A DNA stretch of 32,000 bases, from the NCBI RefSeq assembly GCF_000189295.2, contig NC_016803.1, forward strand, positions 3,450,001-3,482,000, written 5' to 3'. Shown in pieces: positions 30,836 through 32,000 of this stretch. The position numbers and the translations under genes are program-made. Each line of letters begins with the position of its first letter. Position 1 is the stretch's first letter. Below the pieces are notes generated by a model. That model ran no database searches. It was given only the letters and a program-made list of their open reading frames with translations, and was not told the DNA's origin. Origin of the DNA: Pseudodesulfovibrio mercurii. GTDB taxonomy: Bacteria; Desulfobacterota; Desulfovibrionia; Desulfovibrionales; Desulfovibrionaceae.

Positions 30836-32000
30836 GAACAGACGCGAACTGGTCAAGAACACCCTGGCCGTGGCCGGGCTGGGCATGCTCGGCGCGGGCG
30901 CGCTCCTCAAGCCGGGCCGCGCCGAGGCCGCGCAGGCGGCCATGCCCGAGGACCCGGCCAGGGTCTCGCCCGAGTCCCTGGCCCCGGAATACGAACGCAC
31001 CCCGGAGGGCGTCCGGCTGGGCGAAGGGCAGCACATGGCCTTCAACCAGTGCTGGGGCTGCACCACCTTCTGCGGCGTGCGCCTGCACATCGACGACGCC
31101 ACGGACGACGTGGTCCGGGTGGCGGGCAACCCGTACAACCCCCTGTCCCATGAAAAGCACTTCCCCATGTCCATGCCCGTGGGCGAGGCCCTGGATCGCC
31201 TGTCCGCCGACAAGGACATGGGCCACGCCCAGCGGTCCGCGGTCTGCGGGCGCGGGGCGGCCATGTTCGAGACCGCGCACAGCCCCTTCCGCATCACCCG
31301 CTGCCTCAAGCGCGCAGGCAAGCGCGGCGAGAACAGGTGGACGCACATCTCCTTTGAACAACTGCTCGAAGAGGTCGTCGAGGGCGGCGACCTGTTCGGC
31401 GAGGGCCACGTGGACGGCCTGCGGGCCATCCGCGACCTGAAAACCCCGGCCAACCCCGGTCACCCGGAGTTCGGGCCGGTGAGCAACCAGCTGCTCCTGA
31501 CCTACGCCGTGGACGACGGGCGCAGCGACTTCTTCTTCCGCCGCTTCGGCATGAACGCCTTCGGGACCAAGAACTTCGGCAAGCACGGGGCGTACTGCGG
31601 CCTGTCCTTCCGCATCGGCTCGGGCATGTTCATGGACGACCTAACCAAGAACGCGCACATCAAGCCGGACTGGGCCAACTGCGAGTTCGCCCTGTTCTGG
31701 GGCACCGCGCCGTCCCAGGCGGGCAACCCGTTCAACCGCTCGGCCCGCATCCTGGCCTCGGCGCGCACCGACGGGGACCTGCACTATGCGGTCATCGACC
31801 CGGTCCTGCGCATGCCCGCCTCGGACGCGGCCCGCGAGCGCTCCCGCTGGGTGCCCATCAACCCCGGCATGGACTCGGCCCTGGCCATGGGCATGATCCG
31901 CTGGATCATCGAGAACGAGCGCTATGATCGGAACTTCCTGGTCCGGCCGAACACGGCCGCCGCCGAAAAGGCGGGCGAGATCAGCATCTGCAACGCCACC
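30828..32000 (+). CDS. ttrA: Molybdopterin oxidoreductase catalytic subunit, tetrathionate reductase TtrA-like; truncated by the window end
   Basis: My own translation from ATG 30828 (after AAGGAGGGAG) reads MDKNRRELVKNTLAVAGLGMLGAGALL... (Tat signal), CWGCTTFCGVRLH...C (FeS-0), KRAGKRGENRWTHISFEQLLEEVVEGGDLFGEGHVDGLRAI, KHGAYCGLSFR, ALFWGTAPSQAGNPF. It is open to position 32000. These segments closely resemble my recollection of Salmonella TtrA. It is missing from the ORF track because there is no in-window stop. Confidence 0.7.
   Translation, partial: MDKNRRELVKNTLAVAGLGMLGAGALLKPGRAEAAQAAMPEDPARVSPESLAPEYERTPEGVRLGEGQHMAFNQCWGCTTFCGVRLHIDDATDDVVRVAGNPYNPLSHEKHFPMSMPVGEALDRLSADKDMGHAQRSAVCGRGAAMFETAHSPFRITRCLKRAGKRGENRWTHISFEQLLEEVVEGGDLFGEGHVDGLRAIRDLKTPANPGHPEFGPVSNQLLLTYAVDDGRSDFFFRRFGMNAFGTKNFGKHGAYCGLSFRIGSGMFMDDLTKNAHIKPDWANCEFALFWGTAPSQAGNPFNRSARILASARTDGDLHYAVIDPVLRMPASDAARERSRWVPINPGMDSALAMGMIRWIIENERYDRNFLVRPNTAAAEKAGEISICNAT

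Noticed and set aside
1-32000. Search for mobile elements, CRISPR arrays, tRNA/rRNA genes, long direct or inverted repeats, and defence-system-like genes.
   Set aside because: I found no transposase, integrase or recombinase-like ORFs, no regularly spaced repeats, no cloverleaf-like tRNA sequences and no long terminal repeats. All sizeable ORFs are accounted for by transport, respiratory, catabolic or regulatory functions.

Overview
High-GC (roughly 65%) bacterial DNA. The gene content looks like a Desulfovibrionales-type anaerobe; that is an inference from content, not a database hit. Almost all of it is coding, and the long ORFs on opposite strands are GC-driven shadow ORFs.

Left to right:
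(1) A partial RND efflux permease plus its membrane-fusion lipoprotein (-).
(2) A Crp/Fnr-family regulator (-), divergent across a perfect FNR box from a 3-gene operon (+). The operon encodes a Tat-exported 4x[4Fe-4S] protein, an NrfD/PsrC-type membrane subunit and a large periplasmic multihaem cytochrome c.
(3) A small secreted protein (-) and a PAS/LuxR regulator (+).
(4) A TorD-type chaperone plus a DmsABC-type molybdoenzyme operon (+).
(5) A sigma-54 AcoR-type activator (-), divergent from a sigma-54-promoted acetoin-dehydrogenase-like operon: E2, Lin0512-family protein, E1 alpha, E1 beta, AcoX, and a small unknown protein.
(6) A PaaI thioesterase, an AhpD-like CMD protein and a lipoate-protein ligase (-), followed by an MBL-fold hydrolase (+).
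(7) A HisKA_3 sensor kinase and a NarL-type response regulator, followed by a molybdoenzyme operon in ttrB-ttrC-ttrA order. The A subunit is cut by the window end.

No rRNA, tRNA, CRISPR array, transposase or integrase was recognised.

Main hunt result: the cytochrome gene is split by the ORF caller at a single in-frame UGA (7925-7927). A SECIS-like hairpin follows it. I read the gene as one ~721-aa, 13-CXXCH selenocysteine-containing protein, a c3-like tetrahaem module fused to an octahaem tetrathionate reductase (OTR)-family module, coupled to an NrfCD-like quinol module.
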